The notes under the pieces are model-generated. The model did not search any database, was not told the origin of the DNA, and saw nothing but the letters and a program-made list of their open reading frames with translations. Made by a program: the position numbers and the translations under genes. A DNA stretch of 64,000 nt from Thalassobaculaceae bacterium (GTDB taxonomy: Bacteria > Pseudomonadota > Alphaproteobacteria > Thalassobaculales > Thalassobaculaceae): the NCBI GenBank assembly GCA_963665555.2, contig CAXXXW010000001.1, forward strand, positions 1,914 through 65,913, written 5' to 3'. The first letter of the stretch is position 1, and every line of letters starts with the position of its first letter. Shown one piece after another: positions 19,767 to 28,934 of the stretch.

Positions 19767-21194
19767 ATGGAGCGCGCGAATGTCGATATCTGCGTGATCG
19801 GCGGCGGCTCCGGCGGGTTGAGCGTCGCCGCGGGCGCGGCCCAGATGGGCGCGACCGTCGCCCTGTTCGAGGCCGCCGAGATGGGCGGGGACTGCCTCAA
19901 CCACGGCTGCGTGCCCTCGAAGGCGCTGCTCGCCGCCGGCAAGGCGCGGGCGCGCCAGCGCGCCGACGCGCGGTTCGGCGTCCTCTCCGAGCCGGGGAGC
20001 GTCGATTTCGAGGCCGTGAAGGCGCATGTGCGGGGCGTCATCGCGGCGATCGCGCCGAACGACTCGGTCGAGCGGTTCGAGGGGCTGGGCGTCCGGGTGG
20101 TGCCGGCGCGGGCGCGTTTCGCCGGGCCGCGCGAGGTCGAGGGCGGCGGCGTGCGCGTGCGGGCGCGCCGGATCGTGATCGCCACCGGCTCGCGGCCGAT
20201 GGTCCCGCCGGTGCCGGGGCTGGCGGACGGGCCGTACCTCACCAACGAGACCGTCTTCGATGTCGAGGCGCTGCCGGAACACCTGGTCGTGATCGGCGGC
20301 GGGCCGATCGGGATCGAAATGGCCACGGCCTTCCGCGACCTCGGCTCGCGGGTCACGGTGGTGGAGATGGCGGGCATCCTGCCGCGCGACGACCCCGAAC
20401 TCGTCGGCCTGCTGCGCGAGCGCCTCGCGGGGAAGGGGATCGCGTTGCTGGAGCACATCCGCGCCCGCTTCGTCTCCTGGCCGGAAGGGGGCGGGGTCTC
20501 GGTCGCCGCGACAGCCGCGGACGGGACGGAGCGCGAGGTTTCCGGCAGCCACCTGCTGGTCGCGGCCGGCCGGACGCCGGCGCTGGACGATCTCGGCCTC
20601 GACGCCGCCGGGATCGAGGCCGGGCGCGGCGGGGTCGTCGTGGACCGCGCGCTCAGGACGGCCAACCGCCGGGTCTACGCCATCGGCGACGCGGCGGGGC
20701 CGTACCTCTTCACCCACATGGCCGGCTACCACGCCGGACTCGTGCTCAGGAGCGCGCTGTTCCGCCTGCCGGCGCGGGTGGACGCGCGCGCCGTGCCGTG
20801 GGTCACCTATTGCGACCCGGAACTCGCCCAGGTCGGCCTGACGGAGGCGGAGGCGCGCGCCGGGCGGGACGACATCCGCGTCTCGCGCTGGCCGCTGGCG
20901 GAGAACGACCGCGCCCAGGCGGAGCGCGAGACCGGCGGTCTGGTCAAGGTCGCGACGACGCGGCGGGGCCGCGTCCTCGGCGCCTCGATCCTCGCGCCCC
21001 ACGCCGGGGAACTGGCGCAGATCTGGTGCCTGGCGATCCAGAAGCGGCTCGGCATCGGCGCGGTGGCCTCCGCGATCCTGCCCTACCCGACGCTGGGCGA
21101 GGCGAACAAGCGCGCCGCCGGGAGTTTCTACACCGAAGCGCTGTTCGGCGCGCGGACGCAAAGGCTGGTCCGCTTCCTCGGGCGTTTCGGCTAG
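19767..21194 (+). CDS. Class I pyridine nucleotide-disulfide oxidoreductase, similar to dihydrolipoamide dehydrogenase and mercuric reductase.
   Basis: VIGGGSGG FAD motif, redox-active disulfide GGDCLNHGCVPSK, second Rossmann VVIGGGPIGIEMA, AIGDA, C-terminal dimerisation region YPTLGEA. Confidence 0.85.
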   Translation: MERANVDICVIGGGSGGLSVAAGAAQMGATVALFEAAEMGGDCLNHGCVPSKALLAAGKARARQRADARFGVLSEPGSVDFEAVKAHVRGVIAAIAPNDSVERFEGLGVRVVPARARFAGPREVEGGGVRVRARRIVIATGSRPMVPPVPGLADGPYLTNETVFDVEALPEHLVVIGGGPIGIEMATAFRDLGSRVTVVEMAGILPRDDPELVGLLRERLAGKGIALLEHIRARFVSWPEGGGVSVAATAADGTEREVSGSHLLVAAGRTPALDDLGLDAAGIEAGRGGVVVDRALRTANRRVYAIGDAAGPYLFTHMAGYHAGLVLRSALFRLPARVDARAVPWVTYCDPELAQVGLTEAEARAGRDDIRVSRWPLAENDRAQAERETGGLVKVATTRRGRVLGASILAPHAGELAQIWCLAIQKRLGIGAVASAILPYPTLGEANKRAAGSFYTEALFGARTQRLVRFLGRFG

Positions 21195-21228
21195 ACTTCG
21201 GGCGGAAACGCGCAAGGGGAGGGATGCG

Positions 21229-21639
21229 ATGGCCGGACCGGGATTCGCCCTCCGGGGCCTCGACCATGTGGTGCTGCGGGTGCGCGACCCGGATCGAGTC
21301 ATGGCGTTCTATTGCGGCGTGCTGGGCTGCGAACTCGCGCGCCACAACGAGCCGCTGGGCCTGTACCACCTCCGCGCGGGCGCCTCGATGATCGACCTGG
21401 TGGCGCTGGACGGGAAGCTGGGCGCCGCCGGCGGGGCCGGGCCGGGCGCGGAGGGGCGGAACGTCGACCACATCGCCATCAAGGTCTCGCCCTTCGACGC
21501 CGAGGCGATCCGCGCGCGCCTGGCCGCGCACGGCCATGAGGCGGGCGAGGCGGTGCTCCGCTACGGCGCGGAGGGCGAGGGCCCGTCGATCTACACGACG
21601 GACCCGGAAGGCAACGGCGTCGAGCTGAAGGGCGTGTAA
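21229..21639 (+). CDS. VOC (glyoxalase/bleomycin-resistance/dioxygenase) family protein.
   Basis: LDHVVLRVRDPDRVMAFYCGVLG and VDHIAIKV...IYTTDPEGNGVELK. RBS aaggggaggg. Confidence 0.75.
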   Translation: MAGPGFALRGLDHVVLRVRDPDRVMAFYCGVLGCELARHNEPLGLYHLRAGASMIDLVALDGKLGAAGGAGPGAEGRNVDHIAIKVSPFDAEAIRARLAAHGHEAGEAVLRYGAEGEGPSIYTTDPEGNGVELKGV

Positions 21640-21674
21640 GGACGGGGGGAGGGGCGCGCGGCCCGTTCGCCGCC

Positions 21675-22448
21675 CTACCGCCACCCGATCCGGCCGACGC
21701 CGGGCAGTTTCAGGGCCGGCGGGGCGAGGTCGAGGCCGACGACGAGGCCGAGCAGGTTGACCTCGATCCCCTCGTCCAGCGCCAGCATCGCCCCGGCGAG
21801 GCCGCCGAGCGAGACCTGGAAGCCGGTCCCGCTCGGCGCCCGCGCGAAAACCCGGCCCTCGGGAAGGTAGTCCTTGCCCACCGCCGTCGGCGGCAGGTCG
21901 GCCCGCAACTCCGGGACCGCGCGCAGGACGAAGGCGGTGAAGGTGTTGCTGTTCGGGCCGGGCCAGGCGGCGTAGCGGTCGCGGTGGGGATAGCGCGCCG
22001 CCGCCCGCTCGATCCCGCCGATCGCCGCCTCGGCGGCCGGGCCGCGCAGTTCGGCCAGCAGCGCCGGCCGGGCGCCGAACCAGTGGCCGTCCGGGATGCC
22101 GGGGCCGGAGCGCACCGCCTCGCGCCCGTAACGCACGCCCCAGCCGATCACCTCGTGGCGGTCGTAGCCGGCGGCCCCGCGCCGCTTGGACGCGATCCAG
22201 CTATGCACGCCGAAGGCGCGCCGCCAGCCCCAGGCGCGGGCGGCGTAGACCTGGACGACCGCCTCGCGCGTCGCCGCCGGGTCGGGCGCCTGACCGCTCG
22301 AATCGCGCCTCGCCGCGCTCCAGTGGGCGGAATCCTTCATGGCGAAGAAGGCGAAGCCCAGCGCGGGCGGGAGCACATAGAGCGCCAGAACGGCCGCGAG
22401 GCCCCACCAGACCATGCCGAACCGCCGCCTCGGCCGCGCCTCGGCCAT
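21675..22448 (-). CDS. DUF3750 domain-containing membrane-anchored protein.
   Basis: N-terminal TM GMVWWGLAAVLALYVLPPALGF, then VVQVYAARAWGWRRAFGVHSWIASK, WPGPNSNTFTAFVLRAVPEL and PTAVGKDYL, typical of DUF3750. This is the only real part of the 2672-aa ORF-track entry. Confidence 0.7.
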   Translation of the reverse strand: MAEARPRRRFGMVWWGLAAVLALYVLPPALGFAFFAMKDSAHWSAARRDSSGQAPDPAATREAVVQVYAARAWGWRRAFGVHSWIASKRRGAAGYDRHEVIGWGVRYGREAVRSGPGIPDGHWFGARPALLAELRGPAAEAAIGGIERAAARYPHRDRYAAWPGPNSNTFTAFVLRAVPELRADLPPTAVGKDYLPEGRVFARAPSGTGFQVSLGGLAGAMLALDEGIEVNLLGLVVGLDLAPPALKLPGVGRIGWR

Positions 22449-22498
22449 TCGCGCCCGCCGCCCGTCCGCGACGACGGCCCCGACGGCCGGGCCCGCCC

Positions 22499-25400
22499 CT
22501 ATTCGGCGGCGAGCCGGGCCGCCGCCGGGTCGCGGAAGGCGGCCAGCGCCTGGGCCTCGCGGGACCTGGCCCCGGCGATGTGGCGCTCCTTCACATGCCC
22601 GAAGCCGCGGATATATTCCGGCACGCGCGCCAGTTCGACCGCCGCGCCGTGGTTCTCGCGGTCGAGGCCGGCGGCGACCTCCCGCATCCGGGCGAAATAC
22701 TCCTCGACCAGGCGGCGCTCGGTCCGGCGCTCGGCGGTGCGGCCGAAAATGTCGAACGGCGTGCCGCGCAGCCCCTTCAGGGAGGCCAGCAGGCGGAACG
22801 CCGCCATCGTCCAGGCGCCGTAGGTCCGCTTGCGCAAATGGCCGGTTTCGGGGTCGCGGCGGGAGAACAGGGGCGGGGCGAGGTTGAACTCGATCCGGTA
22901 GTCGCCCTCGAACTGTTCCTCCAGCCGGCGGCGGAACCCGCCGTCGGAGAACAGCCGCGCCACCTCGTACTCGTCCTTGTAGGCCATCAGCTTGAAGGCG
23001 TAGCGGGCGACCGCGTCCGCCAGCCCGTCGAGGCCGGGCGTCCGGTTCGCCTCCGCCGCCTCGACCTCGCGGACCAGGCCGAGATAGCGCTCGGCATAGG
23101 CCCGGTCCTGGTAGGCGGTCAGGTAGGCGACGCGCTTTTCGATCGCCTCCTCCAGCGTGCGGGAGATTTCGCGCCGCGGCGGTTCGGCCGCCGGCGGGGC
23201 GGCGCGCTTCTCCACGGCGTCGAGGTCGTGGGCGGCGCGGCGGCCCCACAGCAGGGCCTGCTTGTTGAAGTCCACCGCCACCGCGTTCAGTTCGACCGCC
23301 CGCTCGACGGCCTCCAGCGACAGCGGCACATGCCCCTTCTGGATCGCGTAGCCGAGCATGAACAGGTTGCTGGCGATGCTGTCGCCGAGCAGTTGCGTGG
23401 CGATCCGGCTGGCGTCCACGAAATGGGTCGAGTTGCCGCCCGCCGCCGCGCGGATGGCGTCGCGGAAGATGTCGCCGGGGAAGGCGAGGTCCGGGTCGCG
23501 GGTGAACGCGCCGATCATGGTCTCGCGCGTGTTGACGATGGCCGTGGTCTCGGCGCGCGAGACGCGGGACAGGCCCTGCTCGCCGGCCGCCGTCGCCATG
23601 TCGCAGGCCAGCAGCAGGCGCGCGCCGCCGGCGGCGATCCGCACCGCGTGCAGGTCCTCCTGGCGCTCCGCGACGCGGATATGGCTGATCACCGCGCCGC
23701 CCTTCTGGGCGAGGCCGGTCATGTCGAGCACGGTGACGCCCTTGCCCTCGAGATGCGCCGCCATGCCGATCAGCGCGCCGATCGTCACCACGCCGGTGCC
23801 GCCGATGCCGGTGACCAGGATGTCGTAGGGCCGGTCGAGCGCGGGGCGGTCCGGCGCCGGCAGGGCCTCGAACAGGTCCGGGCCGGCGCCGCCCGCCCGC
23901 GTCTTGCGCGGTGTCCCGCCGATCACGTTGACGAAGCTGGGGCAGAAGCCCTTGGCGCAGGAATAGTCCTTGTTGCAGGCCGACTGGTCGATGGCGCGCT
24001 TGCGGCCGTACTCCGTCTCGACCGGGGCCACGGACACGCAGTTCGACGCCACGCCGCAATCGCCGCAGCCCTCGCACACGGCCTCGTTGATGAAAATTCG
24101 CTTCGGCGGGTCGACCATGGTCCCGCGCTTGCGCCGGCGGCGTTTCTCGGCGGCGCAGGTCTGGTCGTAGATCAGCGCGGTCAGCCCCTCGACCTCGCGC
24201 AGTTCGCGCTGCACCTCGTCGAGTTCGTCGCGGTGGTGGACCCGCGCGCCCTTCGGCCATTCGGTCCCGATCGGGTACTTGTCCGGCTGGTCGGTGACGA
24301 TCCGCACCTCCCGCGCCCCCTCGGCGGCGACCTGGGCGGCGATTTCGGGCACGGTGAAGCCGCCGTCGGCGGGCTGGCCGCCGGTCATCGCCACGGCGTC
24401 GTTGAAGAGGATCTTGTAGGTGATGTTCACGCCCGCCGCCGCCGCCGCGCGGATCGCCAGCAGGCCGGAATGGGTGTAGGTGCCGTCGCCGAGATTGGCG
24501 AAAACATGCTTCGTCGTGCTGAACGGGGCCTGGCCGATCCACGGCGCGCCCTCGCCGCCCATATGCGTGTAGGTCTCGGTGTTGCGGTCCATCCACACCG
24601 ACATGAAGTGGCAGCCGATGCCGGCGGTCGCCCGGCTGCCCTCGGGCACGCGGGTGGAGGTGTTGTGCGGGCAGCCGGAGCAGAAATAGGGCGTGCGCGC
24701 GAAATCCGTCCCGGCCGGCCGGAACGCCGCCTCGGCCGCGTCGAGGGCGCGCAGCCGCTCGCGGATTTTCGGGCTGTCGTGGAAGCGCGCGATCCGGGCG
24801 GCGAGGACGCGGGCGATCGCCGCCGGGGTCAGCTCCCCGGTCGAGGATTGCAGCGGCGCGCCCGCCTCGTCGAACTTGCCGACCACGCGCGGCCGGCCCT
24901 CGGCCGGGGCGTTGTAGAGCTGTTCCTTCAACTGCCCCTCGACCAGGCCGCGCTTCTCCTCGACGACGAGGATTTCCTCCAGGCCCCGGGCGAAATCGCG
25001 CGCGCCCCCGGGCTCCAGCGGCCACGGCATCCCCACCTTGTAGAGCCTGAGCCCGATGGCGGCCGCCTCCGCCTCGCCGATGCCGAGGTCGTCGAGCGCC
25101 TGGCGCGTGTCGAGGTAGGACTTGCCGGTCGTCGCGACGCCGAGCCGCGCGCGCGGCCCGTCGATGACGATCCGGTCGAGGCCGTTGGCGCGGGCGAAGG
25201 CGCGGGCGGCGGGGAGCTTGTGCAGGCGCAGCCGGCGCTCCTGCTCCATCCAGTCGTCCGGCCAGCGGATGTGCAAGCCGCCGGGGGGCATGTCGAACGC
25301 CGGCGCGGCGATGTCCAGCCGGCCGGGATCGACCGAGATCGAGGCCGAACTGTCCATGTTCTCGGCCGTGGTCTTGAACGCCGTCCAGCAGCCGGCGAAG

Positions 25401-25972
25401 CGCGACATGGCGAAGCCGAGCAGGCCGTAATCGAGGATTTCCTGGACCCCCGCCGGGTTCAGCACCGGGATGCTGGCGTCCACGAAGGCGTATTCGCTCT
25501 GGTGCGGCACGGTGGAGGACTTGGCCGCGTGGTCGTCGCCGGCGACCAGCAGCACGCCGCCATTGGGCGACGGCCCGGCCATGTTGCCGTGCTTGAAGAC
25601 GTCGCCGCAGCGGTCCACGCCCGGACCCTTGCCGTACCAGATCGCGAACACGCCGTCGTGCCTGGCGTCGGGGAACAGGCTGGCCTGCTGGCTGCCCCAG
25701 ATCGCGGTCGCCGCCAGGTCCTCGTTGACGCCGGGCTGGAAGTGGATGCGGTTGCTCTTCAGGAACTTGCGGGCGCGCCAGAGTTGCTGGTCGTATCCGC
25801 CGACCGGCGAGCCGCGGTAGCCCGATATGAAACAGCCGGTGTCCAGGCCGGCGGCGGCGTCCCTCTGGCGCTGGACCATCGGCAGCCGCACCAGCGCCTG
25901 CACGCCGGTGAGGTAGACGCGCCCCGATTCGAGGGCGTACTTGTCGTCGAGCGTCACGGCGGCGAGCGTCAT
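22499..25972 (-). CDS. Indolepyruvate ferredoxin oxidoreductase family protein (fused alpha/beta, 1157 aa).
   Basis: TPP-binding NLGDGTYTHSG. Ferredoxin-like CEGCGDCGVASNC...CNKDYSCAKGFCPSF. Gamma-type region ILVTGIGGTGVVT. ATG at 25972 (MTLAAVTLDDKYALESGRVYLTG). Confidence 0.88.
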   Translation of the reverse strand: MTLAAVTLDDKYALESGRVYLTGVQALVRLPMVQRQRDAAAGLDTGCFISGYRGSPVGGYDQQLWRARKFLKSNRIHFQPGVNEDLAATAIWGSQQASLFPDARHDGVFAIWYGKGPGVDRCGDVFKHGNMAGPSPNGGVLLVAGDDHAAKSSTVPHQSEYAFVDASIPVLNPAGVQEILDYGLLGFAMSRFAGCWTAFKTTAENMDSSASISVDPGRLDIAAPAFDMPPGGLHIRWPDDWMEQERRLRLHKLPAARAFARANGLDRIVIDGPRARLGVATTGKSYLDTRQALDDLGIGEAEAAAIGLRLYKVGMPWPLEPGGARDFARGLEEILVVEEKRGLVEGQLKEQLYNAPAEGRPRVVGKFDEAGAPLQSSTGELTPAAIARVLAARIARFHDSPKIRERLRALDAAEAAFRPAGTDFARTPYFCSGCPHNTSTRVPEGSRATAGIGCHFMSVWMDRNTETYTHMGGEGAPWIGQAPFSTTKHVFANLGDGTYTHSGLLAIRAAAAAGVNITYKILFNDAVAMTGGQPADGGFTVPEIAAQVAAEGAREVRIVTDQPDKYPIGTEWPKGARVHHRDELDEVQRELREVEGLTALIYDQTCAAEKRRRRKRGTMVDPPKRIFINEAVCEGCGDCGVASNCVSVAPVETEYGRKRAIDQSACNKDYSCAKGFCPSFVNVIGGTPRKTRAGGAGPDLFEALPAPDRPALDRPYDILVTGIGGTGVVTIGALIGMAAHLEGKGVTVLDMTGLAQKGGAVISHIRVAERQEDLHAVRIAAGGARLLLACDMATAAGEQGLSRVSRAETTAIVNTRETMIGAFTRDPDLAFPGDIFRDAIRAAAGGNSTHFVDASRIATQLLGDSIASNLFMLGYAIQKGHVPLSLEAVERAVELNAVAVDFNKQALLWGRRAAHDLDAVEKRAAPPAAEPPRREISRTLEEAIEKRVAYLTAYQDRAYAERYLGLVREVEAAEANRTPGLDGLADAVARYAFKLMAYKDEYEVARLFSDGGFRRRLEEQFEGDYRIEFNLAPPLFSRRDPETGHLRKRTYGAWTMAAFRLLASLKGLRGTPFDIFGRTAERRTERRLVEEYFARMREVAAGLDRENHGAAVELARVPEYIRGFGHVKERHIAGARSREAQALAAFRDPAAARLAAE

Positions 25973-26273
25973 CCCGATCTCCCGCCGCGCCTCCCGGAGC
26001 CGGGCGGGCGCGGACCTTTTCGCCCGCGGGCGGCGCGGGCCTTTCCCCCAACATAGGACGAAGCGCCCGGAACGGCAACTCGGGCCGGCGGCCAGGGCGC
26101 GGAATGCCAGCGAACGGCCGGGCCGGCGGCGCGTCCGCGGCGCCGCTCGGCGCGCGCGCGAAAGTCTTCCCGCGCCTGTTGCGCGCCCGCACCCTCGCGT
26201 GCGAAACTTTCCGCGACACAATCGGGGCCGGGAACATCGTTCGCCCGACCCGCCGCGACCGGGGGATTTCGCG

Positions 26274-28847
26274 ATGAAGCACGGAACACGCTCGATCCGT
26301 ATGTTCTCGTTCCTCGCGGCGGGCCTGCTGGCGCTGGCCGGGGTCTGGTCTGGCGCGGACCGCGCCTCGGCCCAGGCGAACGCGGCCTGCCCGCTCCCGC
26401 CCGGCTTGACGCCGCCCGCCGGCCCCTCCGTGACGGCGCGACAGGTGGAGGACGGCGCCGCCAGCCTGAAGGACTTCGCGCTGTCCAGCAGGGACCGCCT
26501 CAGGAGCTATTACGGGCAAGGCGAAGATCTGGCGAAACAGTCTTACGTCGGATGCCTCGTCAGGCATGAGGGGAGCGCCTGGCGCTCCGGCTCCACCTAT
26601 CTCGTGCAACTGACGCCCGACGGCAGGGTGTTCATCCACGCGAAGGACATGTCGCTGTCGGGCAAGCTGCTCGACCCCCGGATCTACGCGACGATCCTTT
26701 CCCGCCTGGGCGTCCCCCCGGCCGTTCTCGCCGACCTGGCCTCTCCCGATCCCGCCGTCGCCGTGGCCGCCGGCGCCGCCATCATGGCCACGCTCGCGCA
26801 AGAGCCGGACGCCGCCTTCGACGCGGGCCTGCCGGGCGCCTCCGGCCACGCCACGGTCTACGTGTCGGCGACCCTGGGGCTTCCGATTTTGCTGCTCGCG
26901 GGGTTCGACCTCGGCCCGTCGCACCTGGCCGAGGAACGGATCGACCACGCCGAACCGGCCGTGACCGCCAGGGACGTGGTGGACCGGGCGACCCTGAAGG
27001 CCTTCGTCACGGAAGCGGGGAAATACATCGTCGACCTCTCGCAATCCGGCGGCGTGGCCGGTTACACGAAAATCACGCTGGCGATGACGGACCCGAACGG
27101 GCCATGGAGGCACGGCCCGGTGTACCTGAGCCTGACGGACCGCATCTCCAACGTTATTCTTTTCCACGCGGGTTTTCCGAACCGGTTGATGCTGCGGCCG
27201 CCGGGGATTTCCCGCGATCCCGACACCGGGGAGCTTATCTGGGAGCGGATCGTCGCCGCCGCGGAAAGCGGCCCGGAGGGCGGCTTCCTGCAATACCGCT
27301 TCGACAACCCCGCCGACGACACCGACGCCGAGGTCCTCAAGATCGGCTACGCCCGCGCGTTCGAGGGCAAGTTCCGGCGCCCGGACGGAGGGGAAGTCCC
27401 CTACAGTTTCATCGTGCAGTCCGGGTTCTACCCGTCCTCGCCCAATGTCGTCGCGGCGAGCCGGAACGCGGTCGTCGAGACCGTGCTGCCGCAGGTGCTG
27501 CGGGCGACGATGGCGAGCGCGGTGGACGCCATTTCGGGCCGCGTCCGGCAAGCGGCCTCCGGCGCGCCGGCGGAGCGGGAGGCCAGCCTCGCCGGCGCCT
27601 CCACGCTGCCCGAACTGCTGATGGCGGGCCGGGGGGCGCTGGGGGACGGCGCGTTCGATCCCGGCCGCCTCCTCGCGGACTCGTCCTTCGTCCTGCCCTT
27701 CCAGGCGGCGGGCGGCGGAGGAAGCGGCCCCTTCGGAGACCTGACGCTGTGGGGCAGCGGCGACTACCGGAGCCTGTCCGGCGGAAGCGGCGGGAGCATC
27801 GCCTACGACGGCGATGTGACGGGCGGCAGCATCGGCATCGACGCCGGGCTGGGCGCGGACCTGCTGGCGGGGCTGTCGGTGGCGCACGGACGCGGGCGGG
27901 TCGACTACACCGACGCCAACGCCCTGGAGGGCAAGCTCTCGACGGGGCTTACGAGCGTTAACCCCTATGTCGGCTGGGCGCCGGGCGGCGTGACGCTGTG
28001 GGCCGCGGCCGGCTGGGGGACGGGCGAGGTCGAGATCGAGGATTCGAACGGCGCCGAGGCGAGCGACCTGACGCAGCGCATGTTCGCGGCGGGCGCGGGG
28101 GGGACCCTGCTGTCCAGCGACCGGGCGATCCCGGGCGGGACGACGGAACTCGCGCTCAAGGCCGAGACGGCGTTCGCGCGGGCCGAGATCGACGGTTCGG
28201 AGACCCTTCGGAGCGGGTCCATGAACGTGAGCCGCCACCGGCTGGCGCTGGAGGGGTCGCATTCCCGCAAGCTCGCCTCGGGGGCGACGCTGGCGCCGTC
28301 GGTCGAGATCGGGATGCGGCGCGACGGCGGCGACGGCGAGACCGGCGGCGGCGTCGAGGCCGGGGGCGGGCTGCGCTATTCCGACGCTTCGTCCGGGCTG
28401 ACGGTCGAGGGGCGGGTGCGGACCCTGCTCGGCCATGGCGGCGACTCCGAGGAGACGGGCGTGAGCGGCTCGGTGCGGCTCGATCCCGGCCGGGAGGGGC
28501 GGGGCCTTTCGCTGCGCCTGCGGCCGTCCTGGGGGCGGACGGCGCGCGGCGTGCGGCGGCTGTGGGAGAGCGGCCTTGCCGGCGCGGCGCCGCTGTTGTC
28601 CCAACGCGCGGCCGGGCGGATGGACGCGCGGATCGGCTACGGCCTCGCCGGGCCGGGGGGCCTGGGCACGGTGACGCCCTACGCGGAACTCGGCCTCGCG
28701 GGCGAGCGCGCGCGGTCGCTGCGCCTGGGCGCGCGCTGGCGCGCGGCGCCGTCGGCGAGCCTGAGCCTCGAAGCCGCCCGGCGCGAGGGCGCCGGCGGCT
28801 GGGCGCCCGAACACGGCCTGATGCTGCGCGGCGCCATTATCTGGTAA
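26274..28847 (+). CDS. Autotransporter (type Va) outer-membrane beta-barrel protein with a non-beta-helix passenger that appears to be tandem Cache-like modules.
   Basis: Signal peptide MKHGTRSIRMFSFLAAGLLALAGVWSGADRASA. C-terminal barrel pattern LTLWGSGDYRSLSGG..YDGDVTGGSIGIDAGLGADLLAGLSVAHGRGRVDY... ending RGAIIW. See the findings entry for the passenger. Confidence 0.8.
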   Translation: MKHGTRSIRMFSFLAAGLLALAGVWSGADRASAQANAACPLPPGLTPPAGPSVTARQVEDGAASLKDFALSSRDRLRSYYGQGEDLAKQSYVGCLVRHEGSAWRSGSTYLVQLTPDGRVFIHAKDMSLSGKLLDPRIYATILSRLGVPPAVLADLASPDPAVAVAAGAAIMATLAQEPDAAFDAGLPGASGHATVYVSATLGLPILLLAGFDLGPSHLAEERIDHAEPAVTARDVVDRATLKAFVTEAGKYIVDLSQSGGVAGYTKITLAMTDPNGPWRHGPVYLSLTDRISNVILFHAGFPNRLMLRPPGISRDPDTGELIWERIVAAAESGPEGGFLQYRFDNPADDTDAEVLKIGYARAFEGKFRRPDGGEVPYSFIVQSGFYPSSPNVVAASRNAVVETVLPQVLRATMASAVDAISGRVRQAASGAPAEREASLAGASTLPELLMAGRGALGDGAFDPGRLLADSSFVLPFQAAGGGGSGPFGDLTLWGSGDYRSLSGGSGGSIAYDGDVTGGSIGIDAGLGADLLAGLSVAHGRGRVDYTDANALEGKLSTGLTSVNPYVGWAPGGVTLWAAAGWGTGEVEIEDSNGAEASDLTQRMFAAGAGGTLLSSDRAIPGGTTELALKAETAFARAEIDGSETLRSGSMNVSRHRLALEGSHSRKLASGATLAPSVEIGMRRDGGDGETGGGVEAGGGLRYSDASSGLTVEGRVRTLLGHGGDSEETGVSGSVRLDPGREGRGLSLRLRPSWGRTARGVRRLWESGLAGAAPLLSQRAAGRMDARIGYGLAGPGGLGTVTPYAELGLAGERARSLRLGARWRAAPSASLSLEAARREGAGGWAPEHGLMLRGAIIW

Positions 28848-28934
28848 AGGCGCCCGCCGGCGGGGGCGTCCCGGCTTTCGCGGCGCGCCGCGATCCGGCA
28901 TAACCGGCGCGCCCGCCGCCGCCCGGAGCCGCCG

